The notes beneath the pieces are model-generated. The model was not told the DNA's origin and ran no database searches. It saw only the letters and a program-made list of their open reading frames with translations. 64,000 bases of DNA from Bacteroidales bacterium (GTDB lineage: Bacteria > Bacteroidota > Bacteroidia > Bacteroidales > VadinHA17), in the NCBI GenBank assembly GCA_021163295.1, contig JAGGXD010000182.1, positions 6,316 through 70,315 on the forward strand, given 5' to 3'. Made by a program: the position numbers and the translations under genes. Shown here in pieces: positions 55,795 to 64,000 of this stretch; position 1 is the stretch's first letter, and each line of letters begins with the position of its first letter.

Positions 55795-57369
55795 TTAAAT
55801 AATATAAATACTATGATAATGATCTTCTATGGTTGAATTAAATTCTTCACGATAAGCTTTCATGGATGCAGGTAGCTGATCCATAATATCGCTGGAGATG
55901 AGACCATCTTCTCCTTTGTTCTTTGCTGCTAGATCACCTGCAAAACCATGAAGAAAAACACCCATGCGTACAGAATTATTAATCGAAAACCCAAGCCCAT
56001 ACATAGCAGCAATGGTACCGGTTAAAACATCGCCGCTGCCGGCAGTCGCCATTCCCGGGTTACCACTGAGGTTGATAAACACTCTCTTATCCGGATAACC
56101 TATCAATGAATGTGCCCCTTTCAAGACAATAGTGGCATTAAGTTCTTGAGCTGTGCTTTGCAAAACGCCAATTTTATTTTTTAAAATATTGTCAATTTTC
56201 TGTTTGGCAATTCTCGACATTTCGCCCAAATGCGGTGTTAATATTGTAGGAGCTTCCCGTTTCTTAATGCATTCCCAATCATTGGCAACAGCAGTTATTC
56301 CATCTCCGTCAACAAGCAATGGCTTTCTAATTTCAGCACTTAACTCTCTCACTAAAGTTTGTGTTTCTTCATTTAAAGATAATCCTGGTCCAATGACAAC
56401 CATATCTGCATTTTCGGAAAATTGTAAAAGCTCCTGTTTATTTTCAAGACTGATACTGCCTGAGCTTGTATTTTTTAATGGTATAAAAACAATTTCACTT
56501 CCTTTATTTCCAATGGAAGCTACCAAATTCGCGGGTGTAGCTAAATAAGAAAGTCCACCGCCTGCTTTTAGAAATGATAATGCAGCAAAATAGGGTGCAC
56601 CGAGGTAGTTGGATGATCCGGCAATGAATAGTACTTTCCCATAGTTACCCTTGTGGGTATCTTTACTTCTTGTAAGAATGGATTCAATATCATTAGTGGC
56701 TATTTTTAACTGATCAGAATCTTGCATAACAGGTGGGAAGGAAATATGTGTAACATATAGTTTGCCTACATGGTCAAATCCGGGGTAAAGCAGGTTGCCT
56801 GTCTTTGGTAAACCAAAGGTGGTAGTATAATCTGCCTTTACCGCTGTACCCATTACCTGTCCGGTATCTCCATGGATGCCCGAAGGAATATCGATGCTGA
56901 ATACGGTCTTATGGCTTGCGTTGATCATATTAATAACATCTTTATATTCCCCTTTGACTTCACGATCCAGACCTGTGCCGAAAATTGCATCGATAATGGC
57001 ATCAGATTCTTTGACTGTTTCTAATGCTGATGAAACATCTTGCAGATCAATCATTTTAATTTGCAATTTATTGACGATATTGAAATTTTGCTTTGAAGCA
57101 CCCTGGAATTTAGAACAATCACCCAAAATAAAAACGGTCACCATTCCACCATTGGAATAAATTTTTCTTGCCACCACTAATCCGTCACCGCCGTTATTGC
57201 CGACACCACAGAAAAACACAAAATTTTTATTTTTAACTCCAAACTCTTTCAAAATAGTGAAATAAGCAGCCTGACCAGCATTTTCCATGAGAATTTCCTG
57301 GGTAATACCATATTTTTCAATGGCTAATTGATCTAAATTCCTCATTTCATTTACGTAACTAATTTTCAT
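55795..57369 (-). CDS. nnr: Bifunctional NAD(P)H-hydrate repair enzyme (epimerase + ADP-dependent dehydratase)
   Basis: 524 aa. N-terminal YjeF_N (CGVGNNGGDGLV) and a C-terminal carbohydrate-kinase-like domain (GSGDVLTGTIAAM). Confidence 0.85.
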   Translation of the reverse strand: MKISYVNEMRNLDQLAIEKYGITQEILMENAGQAAYFTILKEFGVKNKNFVFFCGVGNNGGDGLVVARKIYSNGGMVTVFILGDCSKFQGASKQNFNIVNKLQIKMIDLQDVSSALETVKESDAIIDAIFGTGLDREVKGEYKDVINMINASHKTVFSIDIPSGIHGDTGQVMGTAVKADYTTTFGLPKTGNLLYPGFDHVGKLYVTHISFPPVMQDSDQLKIATNDIESILTRSKDTHKGNYGKVLFIAGSSNYLGAPYFAALSFLKAGGGLSYLATPANLVASIGNKGSEIVFIPLKNTSSGSISLENKQELLQFSENADMVVIGPGLSLNEETQTLVRELSAEIRKPLLVDGDGITAVANDWECIKKREAPTILTPHLGEMSRIAKQKIDNILKNKIGVLQSTAQELNATIVLKGAHSLIGYPDKRVFINLSGNPGMATAGSGDVLTGTIAAMYGLGFSINNSVRMGVFLHGFAGDLAAKNKGEDGLISSDIMDQLPASMKAYREEFNSTIEDHYHSIYII

Positions 57370-57592
57370 AATATTTACTTCATTAATTTCATTGTATATT
57401 ATCTGACCTTTTATTACTTATTAAATTACAAAAGTATTATAATCCCATTTAAAACGTTGATATTTTATATTTCTATGATTTTTCCAGCTCCACCTTCAAT
57501 ATGTTTCTCCTGATATAGAGATTTAATCAAAGTACTTCATATATTTAAGAAACTCGACCAGCAATCTGAATTAACATCAGAATATCCAATTA

Positions 57593-58519
57593 TCAATCTA
57601 ATTTCAAATATTTTATAACAGCTTCATTGCCCTTAAGAGCATTATCAGGGATAGGATTATCCCTGTTAAAAATTTTCAGATCATCTTGTAGTAATATCGT
57701 AACAAAATCTTCCTTATAGCCATTATCATAAGGTATTGTGCTTATTCTTAATTGCAAATGATGAGCCAGGAAATTATAAGCTGCTGTTCTTTTTGAGTAG
57801 CCATAATCATGCTTTTCTGCAGGCAAATGAACATTTTCCACTTTATGCTCAGCATTGTAAAGCGAGTATACTTTTTGTATATACGGATATTCAATACGAG
57901 GTGTATTTCTTGTCCAGTCTGCACCATCTGATATTAATAATAAAGGTCTTGGAGCACAAAGGGCTGCAATTTCAACATTATTCGTTTGGTGATGGTCACT
58001 TTTATGTATGGGCATTCCGCTTTCGCAGATACAACCTCCAAAGAAATGTGCGGATACCTGAACAACCGGCACTGATACTTTTATTCTATTATCAATAGCG
58101 GTTAAAATAAATGTCTGAGTACCGCCACCAGAACCACCTGTCATTCCTACTCTGTTTGAATCAACATCAGGGCGTGATAATAAATACTCCAAGACTCTTC
58201 TGCTATTCCATGTCTGAAGTAGTAAAGCTATCGGTATATCATGAGTTACCTGTTGAGATTCTCCAAACCCAACCATATCATAAGCAAATACCACTGCTCC
58301 CATCCTGGCTAATACAGCGCTCCGTATTTGCACATCATCAGTAAAGCGTTTATTATTCTTATGCCCGTGAGGACAAAGTACCGCAGCAAACTTTTTCATC
58401 ATGATATTTGCTTCATCCTCTGTCCAATGGTATCCCTGGCATAACATGGTATCCTGACTATATCCGGTTAGGATAAAACAAATAAAAACCAGCGTTAAGA
58501 AATACTTAATTATTTTCAT
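57593..58519 (-). CDS. Alpha/beta hydrolase (acetyl-xylan-esterase / dienelactone-hydrolase-like), secreted
   Basis: 308 aa with a signal peptide. The GMTGGSGGG nucleophile-elbow-like motif and LCPHGH are consistent with carbohydrate-esterase-like hydrolases. Confidence 0.55.
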   Translation of the reverse strand: MKIIKYFLTLVFICFILTGYSQDTMLCQGYHWTEDEANIMMKKFAAVLCPHGHKNNKRFTDDVQIRSAVLARMGAVVFAYDMVGFGESQQVTHDIPIALLLQTWNSRRVLEYLLSRPDVDSNRVGMTGGSGGGTQTFILTAIDNRIKVSVPVVQVSAHFFGGCICESGMPIHKSDHHQTNNVEIAALCAPRPLLLISDGADWTRNTPRIEYPYIQKVYSLYNAEHKVENVHLPAEKHDYGYSKRTAAYNFLAHHLQLRISTIPYDNGYKEDFVTILLQDDLKIFNRDNPIPDNALKGNEAVIKYLKLD

Positions 58520-58600
58520 TGTTTTACCCCTTTTATATTTTATTAATACTATTCAATACTTTTTTCAATATCAGATAAATCTGCTAAAGCATTTATTTGT

Positions 58601-60673
58601 CTAAAATTCGTTCTCTATTTTTTCCAGGAATAATATTTCAGGAAAAAATTGCCAATCAAATGATACGGTTTGGTTTGCCAAATGAGAATGATGATCCTGA
58701 TCAGGGATATAAAGATTATAACCTTTGGCCTTTGTAAGTATGCGGGTTTTACCATATACTAGTTCAAATTGCTTTCGTAACGCCATAAATTCTTCCGGAA
58801 ATTGCCTGATCCTTTCTGCAGCTTCTGCTTCCTGCTCTTCATTTTGGGACATATCATATGCTTTTAAAGCCAATAATGCTTTAGGGGTAAATCGCACTAA
58901 TTCATTAACCTGCTCATAAACCTCAAGCGTGTAGGTATTACGAATAGCTTGTGACTTCATAGTTGCAATTTTGGAAGCAATACTATCACAGTCTTGTAAA
59001 AAAACTGCTGCCTGCTCCAGTCGTTTTGTATATTGTATGCTCCAATAACCTTTATTATTTCTATCAGGCAGACTAATTACTGCTTCATCGGCAGGATTAT
59101 TAAGTTTATGTAATTGATTACGGTTATTCCCTACTAATAGAGCATTATTCCAAAAAGCTACCGGCTTTTCCAGTTGATCAATAAATGCATACTCAGAATC
59201 TGTAACTGTATTAGAAAATTCTCTTTGACGATAGGCTGATTTTATATCATTCTTTGTTCTTTTCTCTCCTGTCCATGTGTATTCTGCAAAGGCAATAATA
59301 CCACGCATATAAAGTTCGAAATGTGGAGAGTCATCATCCCATAAAGTTAATAATAGTCCATTAATTCCACTACTTATAGAACTCAATGCGAAAGATTTAA
59401 TATTATCCATATTGCCTTCGTTTTGTGGCATCAAAACCCACCTTGTTTGTCCTGCTGTTGCTCCCATTACCTGCATTCCATTCTTTCGAAACCATTCCAT
59501 AGCCCTGCTATTCCCAATTGCCTGAGGAGAACTATAATTCCAGCGCATATAAATACAATTTTTGGGAAATAAATCGAGAAACTCAACCAGTTTATATTCG
59601 TTTTCTTCCCATATCTTGTCCACTTCTTCTCCGGTAAGTTTTGTATTAAACATCGGTCGGTAAACACCTGCATATTTTAATGGCATATCGTCCCAGAATA
59701 TTGGTATGCGCCCATGTTCTTCAGCAAACTTACATACTTTATTCAGCCATGTTAATTGTAACTCAATTGTTGAAATGCCACTGCCTCTTCCTGTAGTATG
59801 TACTTCATCGCCACCAACATGTAAATATCTGCCATAAGGTGTTGCTTCCATAGCATCAAGGTATAGGTCAAATTGCACTTTATATGTTTCAGGATCAAGT
59901 GGATTAAAAGCCCAGTCACTTTTTGGATCATCGCGCAAATTCTTGTATTTGTCATGCTTTAGAATAAATGAAGCATGTCCTAATCCTTGTATTAATGGGC
60001 TAATTTCAATATTTCGCTCTATAGCGTAATCACTTAGTTTCTTCCATTCATTTATACTCAATGCATCAGCCGATCCCACTTCGGGTTGACGTTCATACTT
60101 TATTTTATCTTCCATCTCAGCAATAATGGCATTCACTTTATACTTTGCCAGTTTATCCAGAAGCTTATAATAGTATTCTGTCTTATCCAGGTGATGCTTC
60201 ATATCAAGATGTATAGCCCTGTATGAAAGTAAAGGATAATCCTTAATACTACATACCGGCAGGGGCACATCCTGTTCTTTTGCATCTTCTATAAGCTGTT
60301 CAAGTGTCATAAATCCATATAACAGACCTGCATTATCTTTACCCGTTATGGTTATTTGTTTTCTGGAAATATCAAGCGTATACCCTTCTGCCGGCAAATC
60401 CAATGATTCATCAATACTGTATATGATTTGTGCTTTTGAATGATCTTTTACAGGTTGGATATTTTTTAAATTATCACCACGTACCGGAAGGTTTATGTTG
60501 CCAACAGTATAATAAGACAATATTTTATCGGTTTTTAATGTACTGGTACCTTTAATTATGAACTCTTGTGGTAACGGCAATAATTTAAAATCTCCCGGTT
60601 TTTCAACCTTTGACTGGCAGGAGAATAATAAAATAAAACATCCCGAAAGAAACGTAGCTGTTAATTTTTTCAT
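58601..60673 (-). CDS. Glycoside hydrolase family 20-like (beta-N-acetylhexosaminidase)
   Basis: 690 aa, lipoprotein-like N-terminus (LLFSC). GH20b-like N-domain (AEGYTLDIS..ITITGKDNAGLLYG) and a catalytic region with RAIHLDM.H and HVGGDEV. Confidence 0.7.
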   Translation of the reverse strand: MKKLTATFLSGCFILLFSCQSKVEKPGDFKLLPLPQEFIIKGTSTLKTDKILSYYTVGNINLPVRGDNLKNIQPVKDHSKAQIIYSIDESLDLPAEGYTLDISRKQITITGKDNAGLLYGFMTLEQLIEDAKEQDVPLPVCSIKDYPLLSYRAIHLDMKHHLDKTEYYYKLLDKLAKYKVNAIIAEMEDKIKYERQPEVGSADALSINEWKKLSDYAIERNIEISPLIQGLGHASFILKHDKYKNLRDDPKSDWAFNPLDPETYKVQFDLYLDAMEATPYGRYLHVGGDEVHTTGRGSGISTIELQLTWLNKVCKFAEEHGRIPIFWDDMPLKYAGVYRPMFNTKLTGEEVDKIWEENEYKLVEFLDLFPKNCIYMRWNYSSPQAIGNSRAMEWFRKNGMQVMGATAGQTRWVLMPQNEGNMDNIKSFALSSISSGINGLLLTLWDDDSPHFELYMRGIIAFAEYTWTGEKRTKNDIKSAYRQREFSNTVTDSEYAFIDQLEKPVAFWNNALLVGNNRNQLHKLNNPADEAVISLPDRNNKGYWSIQYTKRLEQAAVFLQDCDSIASKIATMKSQAIRNTYTLEVYEQVNELVRFTPKALLALKAYDMSQNEEQEAEAAERIRQFPEEFMALRKQFELVYGKTRILTKAKGYNLYIPDQDHHSHLANQTVSFDWQFFPEILFLEKIENEF

Positions 60674-60687
60674 AACAAATAATTAAT

Positions 60688-60765
60688 TTAATTAATAATA
60701 AGTAAAACCAGATATACGGTGCCAATACCGGAACCCGTAATAACTACTACTTTATCTTTCCACAT
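60688..60765 (-). pseudogene. 25-codon remnant of an SDR N-terminus
   Basis: Minus-strand ATG at 60765. MWKDKVVVITGSGIGTVYLVLLIIN* carries a Rossmann TGxxGIG motif and then terminates. It lies in the GH20/GH95 spacer. Confidence 0.35.
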
Positions 60766-60904
60766 ACTGAGTTTTTTCCAAATTTAACTTATAAAGCACC
60801 AATTTACTGTATATTCTTAAATTATCCAACGGATCTTTTTACATTCATTAGATTAAAAAATATATCGAGGATCAGTTAGTTATGAATTGAGGCTTACCAG
60901 ATCA

Positions 60905-60976
60905 TTATTCATGCCTCAGGCTATTAACAGGATTGATTCTTGATGCCTTGTATGTGTGGTATAACATACTGCCATA
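60905..60976 (-). pseudogene. C-terminal remnant of an FtsX/MacB-type ABC permease
   Basis: The minus-strand frame reads ..GSMLYHTYKASRINPVNSLRHE* (stop at 60907-60905). The ..A.rInPv.sLR.E* tail is the characteristic FtsX-permease C-terminus. It starts directly below the GH95 stop codon (60985-60987). Confidence 0.55.
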
Positions 60977-60984
60977 TGCAATAT

Positions 60985-63441
60985 TTATCGAGTTAATTTG
61001 TATCTCTCACCTGCCTTTGTGGAAAATTCGATGGTACCGTCTTTTTCCTTTTTGGTACTAACCCGCTTCCCCCTATTTGTTACTTTCACAATTTCCTTTG
61101 GATTTATTCGGCAAGTTTGTCCTTTCCTGGACAATATCTCGACACTAACAATTTTACCATCATTCCATTCCACATCAAGTTCAAAAGCTCCCCGGGTGCA
61201 GAGACCTTCAAAGTGTCCGGCACTCCATTCTTTTGGTAATGCAGGCAATAAATCTATGACTCCTTCATGTGATTGCATAATCATTTCCGTTATCCCTGCT
61301 GTTACGCCAAAACTACCATCTACTTGTAGTGCGGTGTAGCACTTTGCAAATAACTGAGGATAAGCTTGTTCTTTTATGTATCCTTTGAAAATTTTATAAG
61401 CCCTTTCGCCATCATATAATCTTGCCCATAAAGCCATTTTCCATCCCCTCGAGAAACCGGTACCGCCATCGCCCCGTTGCTCTAAAACGGCTTTACAGCC
61501 ATCTATGAATTGGGGGGTGCGCCTGGCGGAAATTACATTGCCCGGATATAATCCGTACATGTGAGAGAAATGACGATGTTTTTCTTCCATCTGTTCATAA
61601 TCTTCACTCCACTCCTGCAAGGCACCGTCTTTGCCAATTTGTGGAGGAACGAGCCTGGCTCGAGCCTCGAGGACCCGGCTGGCATACTCCTGGTCCAGCC
61701 CAAGAATCTGGCTGGCATCGGCATAATATCCGAACAGATCAGTCAAAATCTGCATGTCAATAGTTGAACCGTAACAAATGGTAGTGAAATAATACATTCC
61801 GGTTACTTCATCAAAAAAATATTTATAACCCGGGCCTTTGGGTGGATTTTCAGGGGAATTGGAAGGATTTGTAACCAGCCATTTTCCATTGGGATGCTCA
61901 ACCAGGAAGTTCAAAAAGAAATCCACTGAGCCTTTGATTACCGGGTATATCTCCTTTAGATAATCTTTGTCGAGAGTATACAGGTAATGTTCCCATAAAT
62001 GAGTGGTGAGCCAGGCACCGCCAACAGTAAAGGTGCCCCATGCAGGTCCGTCCATTGGTGCAGCTACCCGCCATATGTCAGTATTCTGGTGAAATACCCA
62101 GCCATTGGCTCCGTAATGTTCCCGTGCAACCTGACTGCCATGATCTGTTAACTCTTTAATTAATGTAATAAGGGGCTCGGCACAATCAGATAAGTTGGCT
62201 GATTCAACCGGCCAGTAATTCATTTCCAGGTTGATATTAGTGGTGTACTTGGAGTCCCAGTTTGGATTCTGGCTTTCATTCCAGATGCCCTGCAAGTTGG
62301 CAGCTTCTGTACCCGGGCGGGAAGAAGAGATCAACAGGTAGCGCCCGAAATTATAAGCCAGGGCAGCCAGACTGGGATCACTATGAGCTTGAAATGTTGT
62401 CATCCGTTGATTTGTAGGAAGGAATGAATTGTCGGTTGCAGGTAAATGTAACCTGGTACGGTTAAAATAGGATTCGTAATCGGCTAATGCCGCCTCCTTC
62501 AGAGCAGCATATTTCTTTCCTTCCAGGTTTTTCAGGTATTGATTCACTCTGGTTACAGGATCAGCACTTATATCCTTGTAATTCACGAAATTAGTAGCGG
62601 CTACAAAATACAGGGTTACTGCATCGGCTTCTTCAATAAAAAGCTCAGACCCTTTTACATTTATTGTACCCCCTTCGGGAACAGCTTTGAGCTGGGCACG
62701 GTACCTTAGTTTACCTTCAATACCCAGATAATCGGCTGATTTACCATTCAACATCAGACCATCATTCCCTACACCATCCATGCGGAAATAATCCGTACCG
62801 TAATTTGAATGAGCCATATTTCGAACACCTCTGAGTTCAGCTCTGAATGATATTTGTTTGGGCTCACTGGCAGTAAGTCTTACCATTATTACCTGATTGG
62901 GTGACGAAGAAAGAATTTCGCGTTTATAGGTAATCCCATGCGCTTTGTACTCAACACATGTGGTAGCTGTTTCAAGGTCTAACCATCGCTTATAATCCGA
63001 AACTTCCGTTTCATTCTCGAAGAATAGGTGCAGGTTGGCAATGGATTGGTATTTCATTTGTTCTACCGGATATCCCATTAGATTACGTCCGAAAAGTTTA
63101 TGCGCTTCCAGGGGTTTGCCTTCAAAAATCAATTTCTGGATCTCAGGCAATACCTTGGCTCCACCCTTTACAACGGTGGAATACGGACCACCAGTCCAAT
63201 AAGTTTCCTCATTCAACTGGATCCGCTCCTCGCCATATTTCCCAAATACCATTGCACCTAATCGTCCGTTACCAACAGGGAGTGCTTCTTCCCAGGTGTT
63301 GGCAGGTGTCTCATACCATAGCACAGTTTCAGGGCTAAATGACAGTTGGTCAATGCTTTCTGAAAGTTTATCGCTCTGTGCATATGTCAGGAGAAATCCC
63401 ATCCAAATACAAAGCCCCAAGAGTACCGGTTTCTTTTTCAT
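60985..63441 (-). CDS. Glycoside hydrolase family 95 (alpha-L-fucosidase)
   Basis: 818 aa with a signal peptide. WYETPANTWEEALPVGNGRLGAMVFG..ERIQLNEETYWTG is a hallmark GH95 N-terminus. Sampled lines are 43-63% GC. Confidence 0.85.
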   Translation of the reverse strand: MKKKPVLLGLCIWMGFLLTYAQSDKLSESIDQLSFSPETVLWYETPANTWEEALPVGNGRLGAMVFGKYGEERIQLNEETYWTGGPYSTVVKGGAKVLPEIQKLIFEGKPLEAHKLFGRNLMGYPVEQMKYQSIANLHLFFENETEVSDYKRWLDLETATTCVEYKAHGITYKREILSSSPNQVIMVRLTASEPKQISFRAELRGVRNMAHSNYGTDYFRMDGVGNDGLMLNGKSADYLGIEGKLRYRAQLKAVPEGGTINVKGSELFIEEADAVTLYFVAATNFVNYKDISADPVTRVNQYLKNLEGKKYAALKEAALADYESYFNRTRLHLPATDNSFLPTNQRMTTFQAHSDPSLAALAYNFGRYLLISSSRPGTEAANLQGIWNESQNPNWDSKYTTNINLEMNYWPVESANLSDCAEPLITLIKELTDHGSQVAREHYGANGWVFHQNTDIWRVAAPMDGPAWGTFTVGGAWLTTHLWEHYLYTLDKDYLKEIYPVIKGSVDFFLNFLVEHPNGKWLVTNPSNSPENPPKGPGYKYFFDEVTGMYYFTTICYGSTIDMQILTDLFGYYADASQILGLDQEYASRVLEARARLVPPQIGKDGALQEWSEDYEQMEEKHRHFSHMYGLYPGNVISARRTPQFIDGCKAVLEQRGDGGTGFSRGWKMALWARLYDGERAYKIFKGYIKEQAYPQLFAKCYTALQVDGSFGVTAGITEMIMQSHEGVIDLLPALPKEWSAGHFEGLCTRGAFELDVEWNDGKIVSVEILSRKGQTCRINPKEIVKVTNRGKRVSTKKEKDGTIEFSTKAGERYKLTR

Positions 63442-63683
63442 AATTCTTTAAAAATTTATTTCCTTTCGAAAAAGGAGTTTCTAACTTATAATCCCAAAAT
63501 GGATCTTCCCTGGCCCACCCGGATGTTTCTGATCCGTTTATAACTAGTGTTGCTTTGCACCATTGTTGAAGCTCGCCATCAATTTGAACTTCCTGTTTTG
63601 TTGTTTTTTGGCAAGAGAATAATATAAAGTATTGGGCATATTGTTAACAATGTTGATAATTTAAAATTAAATATTTTGTTCAT
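63442..63683 (-). pseudogene. Frameshifted/truncated remnant of a secreted protein gene
   Basis: Minus-strand ATG at 63683 gives a signal-peptide-like 34-aa ORF (MNKIFNFKLSTLLTICPILYIILLPKNNKTGSSN*). The adjacent frame continues ..KQEVQIDGELQQWCKATLVINGSETSGWAREDPFW.. and runs into the GH95 start. The shift lies in an A-rich run. Confidence 0.3.
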
Positions 63684-63749
63684 TTAATGTATAAAAAAGA
63701 TGAATAAATATTAGCTTTAGTGAATTTTATTTTAAAACAAATTCTATCT

Positions 63750-64000
63750 ATGAAAACAGAGAATAAATCAGATTTTGCTTCCGAACGACTTTATTCACTT
63801 GATATCCTACGGGGGTTTGATATGTTCTGGATAACAGGCGGAGCATATCTATTTGCCGAACTGGCAAAATTTACAAACTGGGGATTTTTTAAAGCTATCT
63901 CACATCAGCTTGAGCATGTTGAATGGGCAGGTTTTGCTCCTTGGGATCTTATTTTTCCACTATTTATGTTTATTGCAGGTGTTGCAATTCCTTATGCACT
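63750..64000 (+). CDS. DUF5009/DUF1624-type membrane acyltransferase-like protein (heparan-alpha-glucosaminide N-acetyltransferase-like), 3' end beyond window
   Basis: ATG at 63750. MKTENKSDFASERLYSLDILRGFDMFWITGGAYLF..PWDLIFPLFMFIAGVAIPYA. The open frame runs off the window edge and is not in the ORF track. Confidence 0.55.
   Translation, partial: MKTENKSDFASERLYSLDILRGFDMFWITGGAYLFAELAKFTNWGFFKAISHQLEHVEWAGFAPWDLIFPLFMFIAGVAIPYA

Noticed and set aside
57593-58519. A possible in-frame internal deletion near the N-terminus of the alpha/beta hydrolase (..[14 protein letters not shown]|AAVLCPHGH..).
   Set aside because: This rests only on my impression that homologs are ~90 aa longer. The ORF is intact and I cannot align it here.

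Overview
AT-rich chromosomal segment: sampled 60-nt lines are mostly 28-40% GC by hand count. It has Bacteroidota hallmarks: TTTG/TAnnTTTG promoter boxes, an ECF sigma + DUF4252 operon, an S6-S18-L9 operon, many lipoprotein/OMP genes, and GH20/GH95 glycan genes. I support about 55 protein genes and one tRNA-Lys(UUU). I found no rRNA, CRISPR, transposase, integrase or phage genes. All family names come from motifs I recognise in the translations; no database search was possible.

Gene content by block:
- 3-2335: radical SAM enzyme (5'-truncated), a membrane protein and an eIF-2B-like protein.
- 2411-10956: seven-gene acyl-CoA operon. It holds methylcrotonyl-CoA carboxylase beta/alpha, a crotonase, an archaeal-type HMG-CoA synthase/thiolase/DUF35 trio and an acyl-CoA dehydrogenase. 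No HMG-CoA lyase is present.
- 11293-13141: Asp racemase and a DmpA-like peptidase.
- 13154-19806: Zn-ribbon protein, short SSB, a 776-aa coiled-coil ABC/OLD-like ATPase, a PP2C phosphatase, a C69 dipeptidase and an AEC transporter.
- 20903-22160: orphan HExxH protein preceded by an ORF-free, GC-enriched, about 375-nt structured-RNA candidate with its own promoter and terminator.
- 22402-26029: accC-BCCP-carboxyltransferase.
- 26047-37950: envelope and housekeeping genes (cls, icd, dnaX, rpsF-rpsR-rplI).
- 38087-40971: ECF sigma operon.
- 42680-48959: tRNA-Lys, then a LexA-like / Y-family polymerase / DnaE2-like cassette.
- 49831-57369: relA/spoT, trmO-like, an OYE-type reductase and nnr.
- 57593-64000: glycan-degradation end, where a GC-rich GH95 gene is flanked by gene remnants.

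Best candidates for something new:
1. The structured RNA plus HExxH locus.
2. The coiled-coil OLD-like ATPase coupled to a PP2C phosphatase.
3. The liu-like operon in which the thiolase/HMGCS/DUF35 complex sits where the lyase normally is.
4. Strand-specific C-depleted spacers and heptamer-periodic repeats placed just 3' of stop codons.
5. An A10 recoding site in dnaX.
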